From contig JAUZTB010000070.1 in the NCBI GenBank assembly GCA_034780895.1, positions 12,971,703 to 13,035,702 on the forward strand: a stretch of DNA of 64,000 nt, given 5' to 3'. The DNA is from Rhynchobatus australiae. Taxonomy: Eukaryota. The notes below the pieces were generated by a model. The model saw only the letters and a program-made list of their open reading frames with translations, had not been told where the DNA came from and did no database searches. Positions 1 to 13,770 of this stretch are shown piece by piece. Position 1 is the stretch's first letter, and each line of letters begins with the position of its first letter. The translations under genes and the position numbers were made by a program.

Positions 1-1789
1 CTGCTGCTTGAATTAAAAAGCCAGGCCTGAAATCTACTATGTTCCTCTGTGCTGCTTCTTCAATCCCCATCTCAGACACAAGTCCAACACTAACTTAATG
101 CCAGCTGACATCCTACAACTTCAGTCAGGGAATGTTTTGCTACATATAATGAGTGTACTTTAATTCTACTAGATCTGCTGGTATTAATATATCAATAGCC
201 AAAGTAGACTGATATGCACCAGTTGCGACAAATAGTCTCTACATAAACACTGAACTGTAATGTGTTTGCAGATGCATTTTATATTGTACATTCTGTTTGG
301 TTTAGTCTGTCAGTGGTAGTAAAGTTTGGGTCCAAGTGTGACACAACAATGGAAAGTATGCTGCCAGACTATTTAATGTGCCATTTGTAACTCCAGCTAA
401 GGAGATGCACCTTCTCCAGGAATCCTATCAATTACTGTTTGAATTTACAGTTGTACAATCACGGCCATGTTAAATAACCTATGCGTGAACTAGCTAAACT
501 AGTTCTTGTAAACTGCTTAAACTGCTTTTTCATACCTATTTTCTACATAATAATGCTGCTGCAAAGACCTCAGCATGTTGAACATTGCCCTGCTCTATGT
601 TTCTTGTCCAGTAATGTTTTATTTTTCTCCTTGTCAATTCTTTTTTTCTCTCTTCCCTGCCACTTCACTCCACTGTGTTACACAGACCACTGGTCNNNNN
701 NNNNNNNNNNNNNNNNNNNNNNNNNNNNNNNNNNNNNNNNNNNNNNNNNNNNCGTAGCTCATTACAGCTGGGTTACTTTCAGTGCTTCTCCAAGATCCCC
801 ACATTCACAAATCCAGCAAAGGTCACTAGAGAGCAGCTGGGAGCAGGGAACCTGGCTAATTTTCACTTCGCTAACCCAAGGGATATTGAAACCGAGATAT
901 AGCAGTAATACCAAGCTGAAAATGAGTCTCTGGTGGACATCTGGAATCCAATCCAATCCAATTGCAGTTGGTGTGACTCAAAAACTCACTGAGTAAACTT
1001 TCCAAACCAATAGGAGAGTGGCAATTGTTAATTCTTTACTTGTATCCTTACTTCTTTCAATTATAATGAGATGCAACTAAAAGACAAAGGCCTAGCAATG
1101 TAGTTTGAGCGTGAAATCAGCTGCCGAAGTGATGTTGTTCAGAAGATCTGCTCCACTTTATCCAGATGTCATTACTATTTGAGTCATGTCTGTGTGTCTC
1201 ACTTGAGCACTTTGGAGAGACTAGTCAAGATGTTTTCCCGATTAGTACTCAGGATCTCTGGCCCACACTAATACTGTCATGCCTACATTTCCTAAAGAAG
1301 ATTTGAGCACTGAATCAAAGCACTACTAGAAGTCACTGTGGCATTGGAAGCACCATTTGGAGATGGTGAGATGGAGATTCTGGCACTGGAATGGGAACAA
1401 TAGGGACATGACTGCAAAAGTAAACAATAGGAGAGGGTTCATCCATTCTTGGTACCAAGATGAAAACTCAATGGCTAGAGGTGGCTGTAGGCTTATTCCC
1501 AGGAAGCGTTGCCCAGTGCACCCTGCAGGCACTGTGCCAATGCTGCACTGTGGTGGTAGCTCAGGTGATTGCCAGTCAATCTCTAGAGAATACCACAGAG
1601 CACCCACTGACTAGCCCAGAGCAGAATGGCAGGGCAAGGACCCAGATGACAGTCTCTACCAAGTTCTTTGTGGCACCAGGGCTGTGGTTATAATTGTGCT
1701 CTCAGACTCAACCAAGGATGCCAACTAGAACGAGAGCAAGGTTAGCTTTTGTCTCTGAGAGACCTCCACCTGTCCAGCAATGGCAGCTT

Positions 1790-2825
1790 AACTTTTGGAT
1801 CCAAAATTGGTTTGGTAATAGCAGGCAGGAGGCAGAGGGTGGTGGTGGAGGGCTGTTTTTCTGATTGGAAATCTGTGATCTGTGATGGTGTGCTGGGAAC
1901 AATGGTGTTTTTGATATGCATTAATGACTTGGATGTAAATGCACAATAAGTAATTCTGCAGATGATACAAGAATTGCTGGTGTTGTAGATAACGAGCAAG
2001 GTGATCTAAGCCTACAGCATCATATTGATCAGCTGGAAAGTTGGGTAGTGCAAGGGCAAAAGGAATTTAATCCAGACAAATGCATAGAGATCCACTTTGA
2101 GAAGGCAAACGAGGGTAGGATGTACACTGTAAAAGGTAGGGCCCCCAGAGAGTGTAAATGAACAGAGATTCCTTGGGTTACAAGTCCATCGGTCACTGAA
2201 AGTGGCAGCACAGGTGGATAAGATAGTGAAGAAAACATATGGGATGCTTGCCTTCATTGGGCATGATGTAGAATAAAAGAGCTGGGACATCACATCATAA
2301 AACATTGGTTAGGCCACACATGGGGTATTGTGTGCAGCTCTGATTGCCACACTATAGGAAAAATGTGATTGTGCTGGAGAGAGCACAGAGGACGTTCACC
2401 AAGATATTACCTGGACTGGAGCATTACAGTTACAAGTAGGGACTGGATAGGCTGATTTGTTTTCCCTGGAGCAGAGGAGGCAGTGGATATCTTGATAGAT
2501 ATATATAGATAGAGGTACATAAAATTATGAGAGGGATAGATAGAGAGCAATAACATTTTTCCTGTGCATGGAGGTGTCTAAGGGGCACAGGTTTAAGGTA
2601 AGAGGTAGAAGGCTTTGAGAGGATCAATTTCTTTTCACACAGTGGGTGGTTGGAGCTTGGAATGCATTACCTGAAGAGGCAGATACTCTCAGGAGATTTA
2701 AGAAGTATCTAGTCAAGTATTTGAATCACCAAGGTATACAAGATTACAGACCAAATACAGGTAAATACAACTTGTGGCATGGATATAGTAGGTCAGAGGG
2801 TCTGTTTCTGTGCTATATGACTCTA
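1790..2825 (+). mobile_element. CR1 LINE, 5'-truncated decayed ORF2 (RT C-terminal half) plus 3' tail
   Basis: Translation fragments RRQRVVVEGCFSDW and ICINDLD match CR1 RT; frames are broken by stops and frameshifts; ends in typical tail tctgtttctgtgctatatgactcta. Confidence 0.9.
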
Positions 2826-4329
2826 AATAAAGCATGTACAATGGACTATATGAGGGAGAATAAATTATTTGAGCTTCTTTGTTGCATCGCAGTAAGTATC
2901 TTTTGGTTGTACTGTCAATTCTTTTAGGAGACGATGGCTTCCAGTTGACAAAGATCTGATTGACATGTGGAACCTGGAGTGTGATATAGCTGCATTCTAT
3001 CACTCCTTAACACTTTGGGAATAAAATCTGGATAAATCCCCATGGCCACACTACCTTTAGGTGCCTACTCAAGGAAGAGGGTTTTAACTCTTTTCTTCTT
3101 TAGCAGAGAGTCTCTGTGCCTTTGTGCAACACATCAGTGAGCTGCAAATTACAAAACTTGTCAGATATCAGCCTTTGGGAATGACCTTATAATGATTTTA
3201 TTGAACAGTAGAGCAAGCTTAAGGGACCTACCTCTGCTTTGCTTATGTTCCGATAAATTAGCATCAGTGTAACAGTTGTAATTTTGAGGATCAACATAGT
3301 GAAAATGTTCTGTAGCATCGAGTAGAGGAAGATGTTACTTCCAGCAAGTCGAACATAATTTAGAGATAAAATTGTGAGTACGTGGAGAGGGCAGTATGAA
3401 ACTGCTCAATGGGATTAAGGAATAAAAAAAATTGAAAGTATGAAGCAGTTATTAGTCTCCTTTTTTTTTTGAGATGTTTATTAGTAAATTACAACATGCC
3501 TGGTCTCTCACTGACATGTTAGTGAGCTACCAATCTCAGCATGGCTGCCAACAAATATTACAAATAGTCAGCTCCGGCAGGGTTATTGGGAAAATAAGGC
3601 GGCGAGACAATTTCATCTGGTGTCAATCATCTCCAGCTGGAGAGTAATGTTGGCATTGTTCCAACAAAATAACATAGCATCAAAGTGTGATGTGAAGGGA
3701 GAAATAACAGTCAAATTAGTAGTCAGTGACGTTATGAGCAATGAGTAAGAATAAGGAAAACTTGAGGATTAATTCCTGGCTTGTAATAGAACCATAAAAT
3801 AATACAGTACAGATGGAGGCCCTTTGGCCCATTAAATCTCTGATGGCTTGTTTGAGAGCTATCCAATTAAGCCCCTGTTTTCCGATAGCTTTATAATTTT
3901 TTTAAAAACAGCATTCTCAACTTATTCACCACCTTCAAAGGTCTATTTCTGAAACGTTCTTTCAGAATTGTACCATATGGTTTATATTGACTCTCCTCAG
4001 TCGTCCCATCAAAGTGTATTACACTCTGCTTATAATTTTATTTACTATATGTCTGTTCATCGATCAGTTTGTGTATGTCCTTCTCAATAACTTATTATCA
4101 ATTTGATGGTTTACTATGTTTCTGAAATATGTATTGTCTGCAAACTTTGAAATGATGCCCTGTATTCCTCAATCCAGGCCATCATAAAACACAGTAGGTT
4201 TAAGATCAAACCACTATACTTTACACGAGACTGAAAAACAACTGTTTGCCACTACATATCTTCCTGTTGCTTGTGTCTCTACTGCTTGTATCTATGTTGC
4301 CAGTGTTCACTGCTGGCCTGTTACGTCTC

Positions 4330-4690
4330 TTATGTGGCACTTTTCCAAGCATGTTTTGGAAGTCCATATTCAAAACATCAGCCACACTACCTTCATAAAT
4401 CCTTTCCATTACTTCATCAGAGAATTCAACCAGGCTAGTTAAACAGAATTTGCCTTGAACATATCCATACCAGCTTTTATTTAATAGCACAGACCTTTCC
4501 AGACACAAATTGTTTGTTACAATTTATTATCCCCACAAGTTTTCCCCACTATCTGTGTTATGCTGAACTAGTCTGGAATTGTTGAGTTCACCTCTGTCTC
4601 CTTAACCATGTCTGTAACATTTGCAATGTTCCATTCCTCTAACCACATCCAAGGAATAATGATTGAGGATATCCCAGCTGCAATCTTCAA
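4330..4690 (-). mobile_element. CR1 LINE RT fragment
   Basis: ORF 4221..4508: GKFCLTSLVEFSDEV...DVLNMDFQNMLGKVPH resembles CR1 GKSCLTNLLEFFEEV...DFQKAFDKVPH. Confidence 0.85.
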
Positions 4691-5629
4691 CCGGGGATCA
4701 TAAGGATATTGGGTTACTATTTGGCAAAGTCATAACTGATATTGAGACAGAGACTCACAGTGAGAAGCAGCCACCTATGAAATCAGAGCCTGGCATATCT
4801 CAGGACAGCGGGAGAAAGGAGAAGTGATACATTAAAAGTATAGTGTCAGTCTTGCTCGATCCCCAGGCAGCCTGCTGTCCACTGAAGCCATTACACATTG
4901 CAAGGGCCTGCGCAGATCAACAATTCAACAGTTATCATTATTCTAAACACAAATTGTGGAAATCATTACCAATTATATCATTTGTTCCAAATCACAACTA
5001 TCAGCAGCTGTCAGCATTGGGTGGGACGGTGCTGTTGCTTCAGGGGACATGGTGAGGGATCCATACACAAAATAGTATTTTGATATAAATGCTTTTCTTT
5101 CTTCATTTCGTTCTTGACAGACAGCAAATAAAGTTCTAATTCTTCCATTCCATTAGCTCTTCAAACAATACTCAGAAGAGTTTGAAGTATCCTGAACTCT
5201 CCTTGTAGATTCCTTTATTCATCTCACAGATCTTCTAGAGAAGTAATGTGATCACTTGCAGTCTCTGGACTTTGATGTCAAAATGATTGTGACAAATAGT
5301 CTCCAATGACAAAAAGCCAGATGGGACTGTTGCTGACCCAAAAGCTTCCACCTTAGAATGCCAGAGGGGATCTATGTGACAATGAGTGAGCGAGCCTGCC
5401 CCTTCACCTCTGGAACTTGGTTTCAAATCCAGCCAGACAGATAAAAAGTTTCCTATTTCCCCCTTTGCTAAGAATACTAAAGATCAAAAGGATTTCAAAT
5501 CAATTCATTGTGGAAATGCATCTGTAGTGAAAACAGATGCTCAAAGCAGCTCAGCAATTTGCACTGGCTAACAATTTCAGACTGAGACACACGAGATAAC
5601 TTGATTGGATACATAGAATGTCACACTAA

Positions 5630-5710
5630 AATAAATCAGAAAACGTTGGAAATGCTCAGCAGGTCAGGCAGCATCTGTGGAGAGAGAAACAGAGTAAATG
5701 TTTCAGCCAA
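5630..5710 (-). mobile_element. Penelope-derived terminal repeat fragment (single arm)
   Basis: ctcagcaggtcaggcagcatctgtggagagagaaacagag, shared with about 10 other copies in the window. Confidence 0.7.
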
Positions 5711-7002
5711 TAATTTCTGGCAGTGATTTTGAGTCAAGCAGATGGCATGTGATTTTAAGTTGATAGGAGGCAGATATACACTGATGAAAGGGCAGGTGAC
5801 ACTGCCAGTTGTCTAACACTCAAAACCCGATGGTAGAGGGTGGATGAGTTGTCTTTGCCACACTTGGCTTGTCTCAGTAACTAGACATCTGATGACCTGT
5901 AACTCATGGTCAATGAAGAGTGGACGTGTCAGGACATTCAGAAGTCATGGCTGGTAGACCAGTCCCACTGTTAAATTTATTTTAACTGCAGCCCTACCCA
6001 ATGCCCACAGCAGATATTTTTTAAAATATCTTCTGCAACTTCCAATATTGGTGATCAGGGAGCTTGTGAAGTGCCATCCCTGCCACAACACAAGCCCCAC
6101 CGCTATCTCCAGCCACCTACACCGCACAACCCTCAGTTAGCTGGGGTTAATAATGATGTGTCAAAGAACAATTAATGTAGCTTCCAGTTGGCAGTGATAA
6201 TAATATCACAGATAATAACATCAGCATTAGAATCATGGGAGACACATTCAGAAACTCTGAAGATTGTTTTGATGTGCTGAATTCCCAGAGAAAGTTTCTC
6301 TGCTGTGTTTCTCTATACTGGTAGCAGTAGGTCCACCGTTCAACTCATTGGATAAATGCTTCTTTCCATGTTGTGATCCAGAAAACATTACAGAAGTGCT
6401 ATCCAAATTGAGCCAGCTGAGAAAATGAACACAATTCCATTAAAGCTTGGCTTTTGCCAGCTATTTCACAACAACACCCAAGTGAAATGGATGGAAGTGC
6501 CCCTCCGTGAGTCACTTATTAATCAGTAATCAATTAAAAGGACATGAATCTCATAACCATCACACTGTAGGTCAACCAGTGATCAGGGAGGGTTGCAAGT
6601 CACCAAATGTCCCGGGTTTGGTTTGCTGAAGTACAATGTTCAGAGGATTTGCCTGGTCTTGCCACAGTACTCAGAAGAGTTTCCCACCTCCTGCCCAGTG
6701 ATGTGATCCGATGTATATTGAGGGCTCTCAGCTGTGTTCATAATTCTTGGCTGTATGTCCAAAGTTTCCACTACTCTCCAGTGGAAGTAAGAAAGAAAAC
6801 AGTACAGATTGGAGATGAATCCAATATAGCATATGTGAATTTAAATGAGTCATAAAGATCATTACTACTTCACTCATATTCCATAGCATGGTAGTTCATG
6901 AAGCATAAAGAATGAGAATATAACAACACAGAAATAAATCTAAATCTTACAGTCCATTGAGCATGCTTAGGCATTTTTATGAAGGTAGATGATCCCCTAA
7001 CT

Positions 7003-7505
7003 TAACGCTATTACAGCGCCAGCGATCCAGGTTCAAATCTGGCCACCGTCTGTAAGGAGTTTGTACGTTCTCCCTGTGTCTGCGTGGGTTTCCTCCTGGT
7101 ACTCTGGTTTCCTCCCACATTCCAAAGACGTACAGGTTAGGAAGTTGTGGGCATGCTATGTTGGCACTGGAAGTGTGGTGACANNNNNNNNNNNNNNNNN
7201 NNNNNNNNNNNNNNNNNNNNNNNNNNNNNNNNNNNNNNNNNNNNNNNNNNNNNNNNNNNNNNNNNNNATACAGATATCCTTTCCTAGTGTAGCAGTTAGC
7301 ATAATGCTATTACAGTGCCAGCGACCTGGGTTCAATTCCAGCTGCTGTCTGTTAGGAGTTTGTAGTTTCTCCCCGTCTCTAAGTAGGTTCCTTCCATGTG
7401 CTCTGGTTTTCTCCCACATTCCAAAGACATATGGGTTAGAAAGTTGTGGGCATGCTATGTTGGTGCCGGGAGCATGGCAACACTTGTGGGCTGCCCCCAA
7501 AACAC
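7003..7505 (+). mobile_element. Two tandem tRNA-derived SINEs (V-SINE/HE1-like), about 7003-7183 and 7290-7505
   Basis: B-box-like ggttcaaatc/ggttcaattcc, then core gagtttgtacgttctccctgtgtctgcgtgggtttcctcc...cctcccacattccaaagac; homologous to 53578-53860 and 59131-59350. Confidence 0.85.
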
Positions 7506-7564
7506 TCTACCTTCTCTATCTATCCCTATATCCCTTGATTCCTAATGTATAAAACTCTATCAAA

Positions 7565-7770
7565 CCCAAAAATGATGGAGGAACTCATTGGATCAGGCAG
7601 CATCTGTGGAGAGAAATGGACAGTTGATGTTTCAGGTCCAGGTGAAGGGTCTTAATCTGAAATATTGACTGTCCATTTCCCTCCACAGATGCTGTCTGAC
7701 CTGATGAGTTCCTCCAGCAATTTTGTTTTTTTGCTCCAGATTCCAGCTTCTGCAGTCTCATGTCTCTATC
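7565..7770. mobile_element. Penelope-derived palindromic element with a degenerate hammerhead at its centre
   Basis: About 60-nt inverted arms (ggaggaactca...cagcatctgtggagagaaatggacag / ctgtccatttccctccacagatgctg...tgagttcctcc) around ggtgaagggtcttaatctgaaa. Confidence 0.8.
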
Positions 7771-7784
7771 AAAGCTAATCTTGA

Positions 7785-8345
7785 ATAAAAAATACAAAGT
7801 CCTGGAAATGATTAGCAGCTCCAGCAGCAAAACAGGTGAATAGAAAAAGAGTCAAGATTTGAGTTCCAGCAGTTTCAACAACATCTCTTTCTCTGTCTGG
7901 ACACTTTGCATTCTTCTGGACTCAATATTGAACTCTGCAACTTTAGATAATTCACTCTTTCTTTCTGTCTTCATCAGATCTGGTCATTCCTGCCGGTCAT
8001 CAATCTGTGATTTTGGCTCAATTTTTCCTCTTTCCATTGGTATTGTTTGACTCGTGGGCACATCCCACAGCCCTGCAATTCGCAATATATAGTCTGATTC
8101 TCATTGATGTGTTAATTTGTTTGGTCTCACCCTCTCAGAGATATTCCCTTTGTTTTCCCATCCTTCCCCCATCTTCTCCACTATTGAAAACTGAATCGAT
8201 TTCTCTCTTCCCAATTCTGACGAGAGGTCTTAGACCTGAAACTCTGGTTCTCTTTCCACAGATGCTGCCTGACCTGCAGTGCAGTTCCAGCATTTTAGGT
8301 TTTAATTTCAGATTTCCAGCACCCACAGTTTTGCTTTTGATTCTC
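7785..8345 (+). mobile_element. Penelope-derived element with inverted ends and a hammerhead core at 8217-8242
   Basis: CTGACGA-G-AGGTC-TTA-GACCT-GAAAC followed by ccacagatgctgcctgacctg; decayed inverted arm near 7790-7860. Confidence 0.7.
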
Positions 8346-8859
8346 AGTCCTGAATACATTTCATTACTCAGCACCTACATCCCTCTGGGTTAGGAAATTC
8401 CAAACACTCACAGCCCTCAGTAGAGAAACTTCTCATCTCCAAATGGCTAACCTAGTCTGCAGCCTAGTTCTCAATTCTCCTGCAAAAAGAAACCATCTCA
8501 CATTATCTAGTCTGTCCCTGCAACTAAGTAATATACAGTTCAGTCAAAACTCTGCTCATTCATCTTAATTAGCAAATCCTATTCATCCTTGGAACTGTGT
8601 CAGTGAAACTTTCATTGCAACATCGACCTGACAAAGTAAATGCTTTAAGTATGGAGGTCAATTCTGATTGCAGTACACAGGTCTCATCAAAGCATTGTAC
8701 TTCCTTACAACAAGACCTCTCTACTCTTATAGTTCAGGCTGCTTACAATAAAGTTCAATATACCACTTACCACCTAAGCCACCTATATGGATCTAAATAT
8801 TTTTTCATTCAAATACAAAGACATCCAGATTTAAATTAAAAATTTAAATTTTTAAAAAA

Positions 8860-9090
8860 TTTTATTTACAGCATGGTAACAGGCCCTTCCGGCCCAACGA
8901 GTCCATACTGCCCATTTTAAACCCCCAAATTAACCTACCCGTACGTCTTTGGAATGTGGGAGGAAACCGGAGCACCTGGAGGAAACNNNNNNNNNNNNNN
9001 NNNNNNNNNNNNNNNNNNNNNNNNNNNNNNNNNNNNNNNNNNNNNNNNNNNNNNNNNNNNNNNNNNNNNNNNNNNNNNNNNNNNNNGACA
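8860..9090 (-). mobile_element. tRNA-derived SINE with CR1-type tail (gap inside)
   Basis: Near-identical to 61112-61372 and reverse complement of 59131-59350; AT-rich aaatttaaa tail. Confidence 0.85.
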
Positions 9091-9384
9091 GCACAGCAGA
9101 CATCTTTTCCATGGATTTTTACTCTCAGCTTCAGCTCATTTTTAATAAAAACACTTTTCACTTCCTCTGAAAGCCTTCATTTATCAGATAACTCAGATAA
9201 AAGAGTTGCCCAATCATACAGCAAGTTAGCTGGTTAACAGTCGAGATAAATAGACTCAAAGAAAAGACTCTTTTAATCTGCAATCAGAGTCCAATTAACT
9301 ATTCTCAGCAAGAGCAGCAAATGGTGCAATGATGAAGCTTGAGCTGACAGAAAATTTTTTTTCTACCAAAAGCAAAGTATTTTT

Positions 9385-9612
9385 TTCCACATCCCAGAGA
9401 CCTGTGGGTTGGTAGGTTAACTGGCCACTGAAAATTGTCCCTGGGGCATAAGTGAGCGGTAAAATTAGGGGGGAGTTGATGAGAATATGGGGAGAATAAA
9501 AAAATAGGATTAATATAGGATTAGTGTGAATGGAAGGTTAATGGTCAGAGCAGATTCAATGGGCCAAAGAGCCTGTTTCTATACTGTACATCTCTAATGA
9601 TTCTATGACTCT
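9385..9612 (+). mobile_element. V-SINE-like 3' half
   Basis: ccacatcccagagac...ggtaggttaactggccactg core and CR1-type end gggccaaagagcctgtttctatactgta. Confidence 0.75.
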
Positions 9613-10594
9613 GTAACTACTTGATTCTTTGATTGAATTTATTGGAGAGGTTCTTGTGCAGCAAGCCTGTTATAAACTCATGTACGTGGATATTGGTTCA
9701 AGGCAGATTTAGAATCAGGCTTCATGCCTTCAGCTGCAATAGCACTGTATGCTGATTCTCAACATCAAAGTTCACAGTAAATAACCACCTGGATTATGTA
9801 AAGTAGGATGCCTCAATCAGAACCTGTAGTCCTGCAAAGAGAGGAGAGGAGGAAAGTAACAAGGAGAGAAGGGGAAAGAGGATGAAAGAGAGAAATAACT
9901 TAACGTCAGTTTACATTTCACTAAATGATGTAGTGAGCTTTATTTTCACAATGAGATATTTTCACTCTTTACAGCAGCCTACAAAAATTTGGAAGGTGGG
10001 AGGTGCCCACTTAGTACCCAAGGCACATGTACAAACCACCTGGTCACTAGCCACCCAGCATGATACTTTTTGCATCAGTTCCACTTCCAAAAGCTTATCT
10101 TTAAAGCAGGGATTTGCACAACTGGTACTACAACTGGTGTGGGAACCCCTTGTGATTTTAGATAAGTGAGTAGCTGAAATAGACTAGTTGCCATGATACA
10201 AGAGGCAACAGCTCCAAAGTCAGGACCATGAAATAGCTACAATAACAGCTACTGAATTAACGCGTGAATCTGTAATATTACATCTTATTATTTCGGTTTA
10301 TATTACTGGTAGAAGACCTCGGGATGGTGCCTGACTGGCAGCTGAAAAACTCACAGCTTGGATCTGTGCAATGTTGAAAGCTGTGTTCCTTGAAGCAACC
10401 ACAGCTGGGCTGGGTAGTTTAGAAATGAAATTTCAACAATTACCAAGTGCTGGTAAAGAGTGAGCAGAAGGAAAGCCATTACTTGAGGTGTATGATATAC
10501 CATCTGCAGTTTTATAGAGAATCCCCATGAAGACACAAGTCCATTGGATCTAGCAAGGCAAAGGTAAGTAGAATACATGCAACAGACAATCTGC

Positions 10595-10712
10595 ACCAGT
10601 TCTGATACAGGATTTCGACCCGAGTCATCGACAGCACAGATGCTGCCTGACCCACTGACCTCCTCCCACAGATTGTTTGTTGCTCAGATTCCAGCAACTG
10701 CAGTCTCTTCTC
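10595..10712 (+). mobile_element. Penelope-derived terminal fragment with degenerate hammerhead
   Basis: agttctgatacaggatttcgacccgag...cacagatgctgcctgaccc. Confidence 0.7.
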
Positions 10713-12876
10713 TCGTAAGTGGAGTACATGACAAGCTAAGTGAAGTGCTTATGAGACGATATTAAATTTTGATTTTAAAGGCGATATAATACACAGGAAC
10801 GAATAAGATGGCAATGTAAATGCAGGAAGATTGTTGGCCATTCTTATTCCCAAAATTCAACTTTATATTGCGTCCAAGAGTGTCAGCAAGCTTCCCAGAG
10901 AAGATACCACTTCACAGAGATGAAGGCCAGCTCGGGAGGAAAGTTTTGGCAAAATTCAGGACTAAACTTTTTGATGACAGCTTTATGAACAGAGCCCCAA
11001 TCATGTTGATGAGTCCAAGAAAGTCAATGGAGCAGATTTTCAATCCAGCCACATTGTAGACACAGACTTGTTCGTGAGTATTGTTACAGACAAGGCTTGG
11101 GAATTGCTGACAGCCAGCAACTGGCCAAGCAGAAAGAGTAAAATTTGGCACATGGAGCAATTGTGCTAAGTTTATCAAAGCAGGGACTCTGGGGAGGGGC
11201 AGCGTAAATGGTGCAACTGGAGATCAAAGCTGGGAAACCAATTGTCCATCAAATAACAATTATTTTTTATCCAATTTAAGAATACAAGTTGGAAGAGCTT
11301 CTTTAGACTTGAGCAATATTGAAGGCTAGCAATTGCTTAGATCTTGTGCAAAATTAAGAAGAAAACATTTGATAACAATATACAGATATTTGTCTGGTGC
11401 TGCTGAGAAAACTCTGTAGAATCAGACTTTGGGCTGCAACTCTGCAGCAGAGCAACAAATAACCAATCAGACTCTGCAGAGCAGTTAAACTAACTTGTGC
11501 TCAATCAAACACTGAAGCTGTTTAACCAGGAATAATTTAGTCAGGATCCACAAATCAGCTGATCTCTAATCAGAAAGGAAATGTTTATACCAGCAAAGAT
11601 TGAATCAGTGCCCACAGACCAATATATTTCCAATTAAAAAGGAAATGTTTATATCAGCAGGGTTTTAATCAGTCAATATTCAGTCAAATGGGCAATATTT
11701 GTAGCAGTAGGGATACAATTACAAAGATATAATTAAACGTCTGGCTGTCAGAATGTGAAAAAATACTTCGTTGATTCCCAGCAAGTTGAAGCTTTGTTAA
11801 CTCTATAGTTTGAACTCAGACCCTTGCACACAAATGTAAACAAACTGTACTACATTGCTTTTATATTTACTTGAAGGTCCAAGTTTAGTAACCCAGCATA
11901 AACTCTTTTAAACAAAACTTGGATGTTGTAACAGGGAATTGAAAACTTATAAGTGTGTGTTTACTGCTCTCTCTTGCCTTTCCCAGAGAGAACAGCTCTT
12001 ACAGGCAGAGAAACAGAAACACAAAATAATAATAAGTCCATAGTTCGAAGTCTATTCTTTCAAGAAAGACTGCTGTGGCTCAATAGAGAAGCATTGTGTC
12101 CCTCAGGCCTCAAATTAACAGATCACGTTTTTCAACAGATTTCCACAACCACAATCATGGGCAGCAATTTCAAACAGAGAGCCTTGAAATCCAAGTCTGA
12201 GCATCACTGTCACTTTGAAAAGAAACGGCCAGCGCAGATGTGCAGAAATTCACATTCTGGTTTGTCTCCCTCTGGCCATCTCAATCACTGGGCCAAGATT
12301 GTCTGAGGCAGTTAAGAATGAATCTTGAAAATCCATCTCATGTATTTTTGCCATTTTTTTAATGATGAGTGAGTGTCATGTTTCATGGTAGATCAGCAAT
12401 GGGTATGGACGAGATGTCAGCAGTGAATTAACTGTGATCTAATGGGAGGGGTGTACAGGAAGAAGACCACAAAGTATACCCACAAAAATTAAAGCAAATA
12501 AGTCATTTACTTTAGTGCTTTAGATTTGCATTTAATAGATTTGTATTTAATATTCTCAGACCTATTATTTTTCATGAACAGATACAGTTTCTTAAGGTAC
12601 ACTAGACTTCAAACATTACAAGCCACACCATCTACCCATCCCTCCCTTAACCACTACCATGAGTCAGAGTTATCCAACCAGGTTTTGTCACATATGGCGT
12701 CAAAAAACTTGGAAGTCAAAGCTGATTCAAACATCAGCACAGTCACTGGAGAGATTACAAGTAACATAATAGTGTATTCGGTTTACAATAAAACAACGTG
12801 ATATTTAAGGGAGGGGATAATGTAAAAAGGCTGCTCCTCAAACACATTCACACAAGGGTTAGAATCAATTTAATAT

Positions 12877-13018
12877 CTTGTACTGACGTTATTGCCTCCC
12901 ATACTGATACAGTTGCCTCTCTTGTACTGACACCATCACCTCAGTTGTACTGACACCATCACCTCAGTTGTACTGACACCGCCATTTCTCTAGTGTTGAC
13001 GGCACCATCTCTTGGACT
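12877..13018. repeat. About 23-bp minisatellite, about 6 copies decaying at both ends
   Basis: Unit ttgtactgacaccatcacctcag is present twice exactly, with flanking degenerate units. Confidence 0.85.
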
Positions 13019-13199
13019 ATTAAGATTAACCACACATGATGTAAGCAATGGGATTTTTAAATAAGATTGGCTGTAGGGCATTAAAGATCACAAGGAGAAT
13101 GGGGTCAGTAGGCACTGGATGGAAATTAGATTGTTCATTGGCTGAGATGGCCCATCATAGTAAGTGGGGACATTTTTATGTATTTATAAGACATATTGT

Positions 13200-13770
13200 A
13201 GTAAAGACATTTTTTAACGTAACATCACATGCCTTTCAGAACAACCCAAAGTGCTCTTCAGCCAATAAAATTCTTTTTTAAGATGTACCCACTGTCAGTA
13301 TGTCAGAGATACAGCGGCCAAATTGTGCACAGTAAAATCTCACAAAAAGCACATATTGGCAATCTATTCTGGGTATTGTTGTGTAAAAGATAAAAATTGA
13401 CCAGGTCAACATACAATTCCAAGGGTCTGTCTCACAATACTGTCAAGGGAGGTTTTATGTCCATCAGAGGCAGCATACAAAGCCTTAGTTTAAGGTCAAA
13501 AGAGCAAAAGAACTTCCTCAGTATGACACTGAGGTGTGAACCTTGATTTTTAAGCTTTAATCTCTGGAGTGGGACTTGCACTCACAACCTGTGAGTTTTG
13601 ACATGAAATGCTAACTCTGTTTGTCCTTCCACAGATGTTGCCTGACTTGCATTTTCTGTTTTTTCTTCAATTTCAGATTTCTATCATCTGCAGTTCTTTG
13701 ATTTTCATTTTTTTGTACCTACAACCTTCTGACTCAGAGACAAGAGTGTTGACAACTGACCACAGCTGAT
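13200..13770 (-). mobile_element. Deu-domain SINE (SacSINE1-like) interrupted by a Penelope-derived insert at 13591-13720
   Basis: Head ctctggagtgggacttg...acaaccttctgactcagagacaagagtg and Deu-like core cagcggccaaattgtgcacag; insert flanked by duplicated acaacct. Confidence 0.7.

Noticed and set aside
1460-6127. Peptide similarity WLEVAVGL (ORF 1460) vs WLEIAVGL (ORF 5945)
   Set aside because: Only about 24 nt of moderate identity with no extension
11573-11673. About 35-bp imperfect direct repeat (aaaggaaatgtttata...aatcagt)
   Set aside because: Only two decayed copies; ordinary local duplication
12877-13018. Periodic repeat as a possible CRISPR array
   Set aside because: Contiguous tandem units without unique spacers, eukaryotic context, no cas genes
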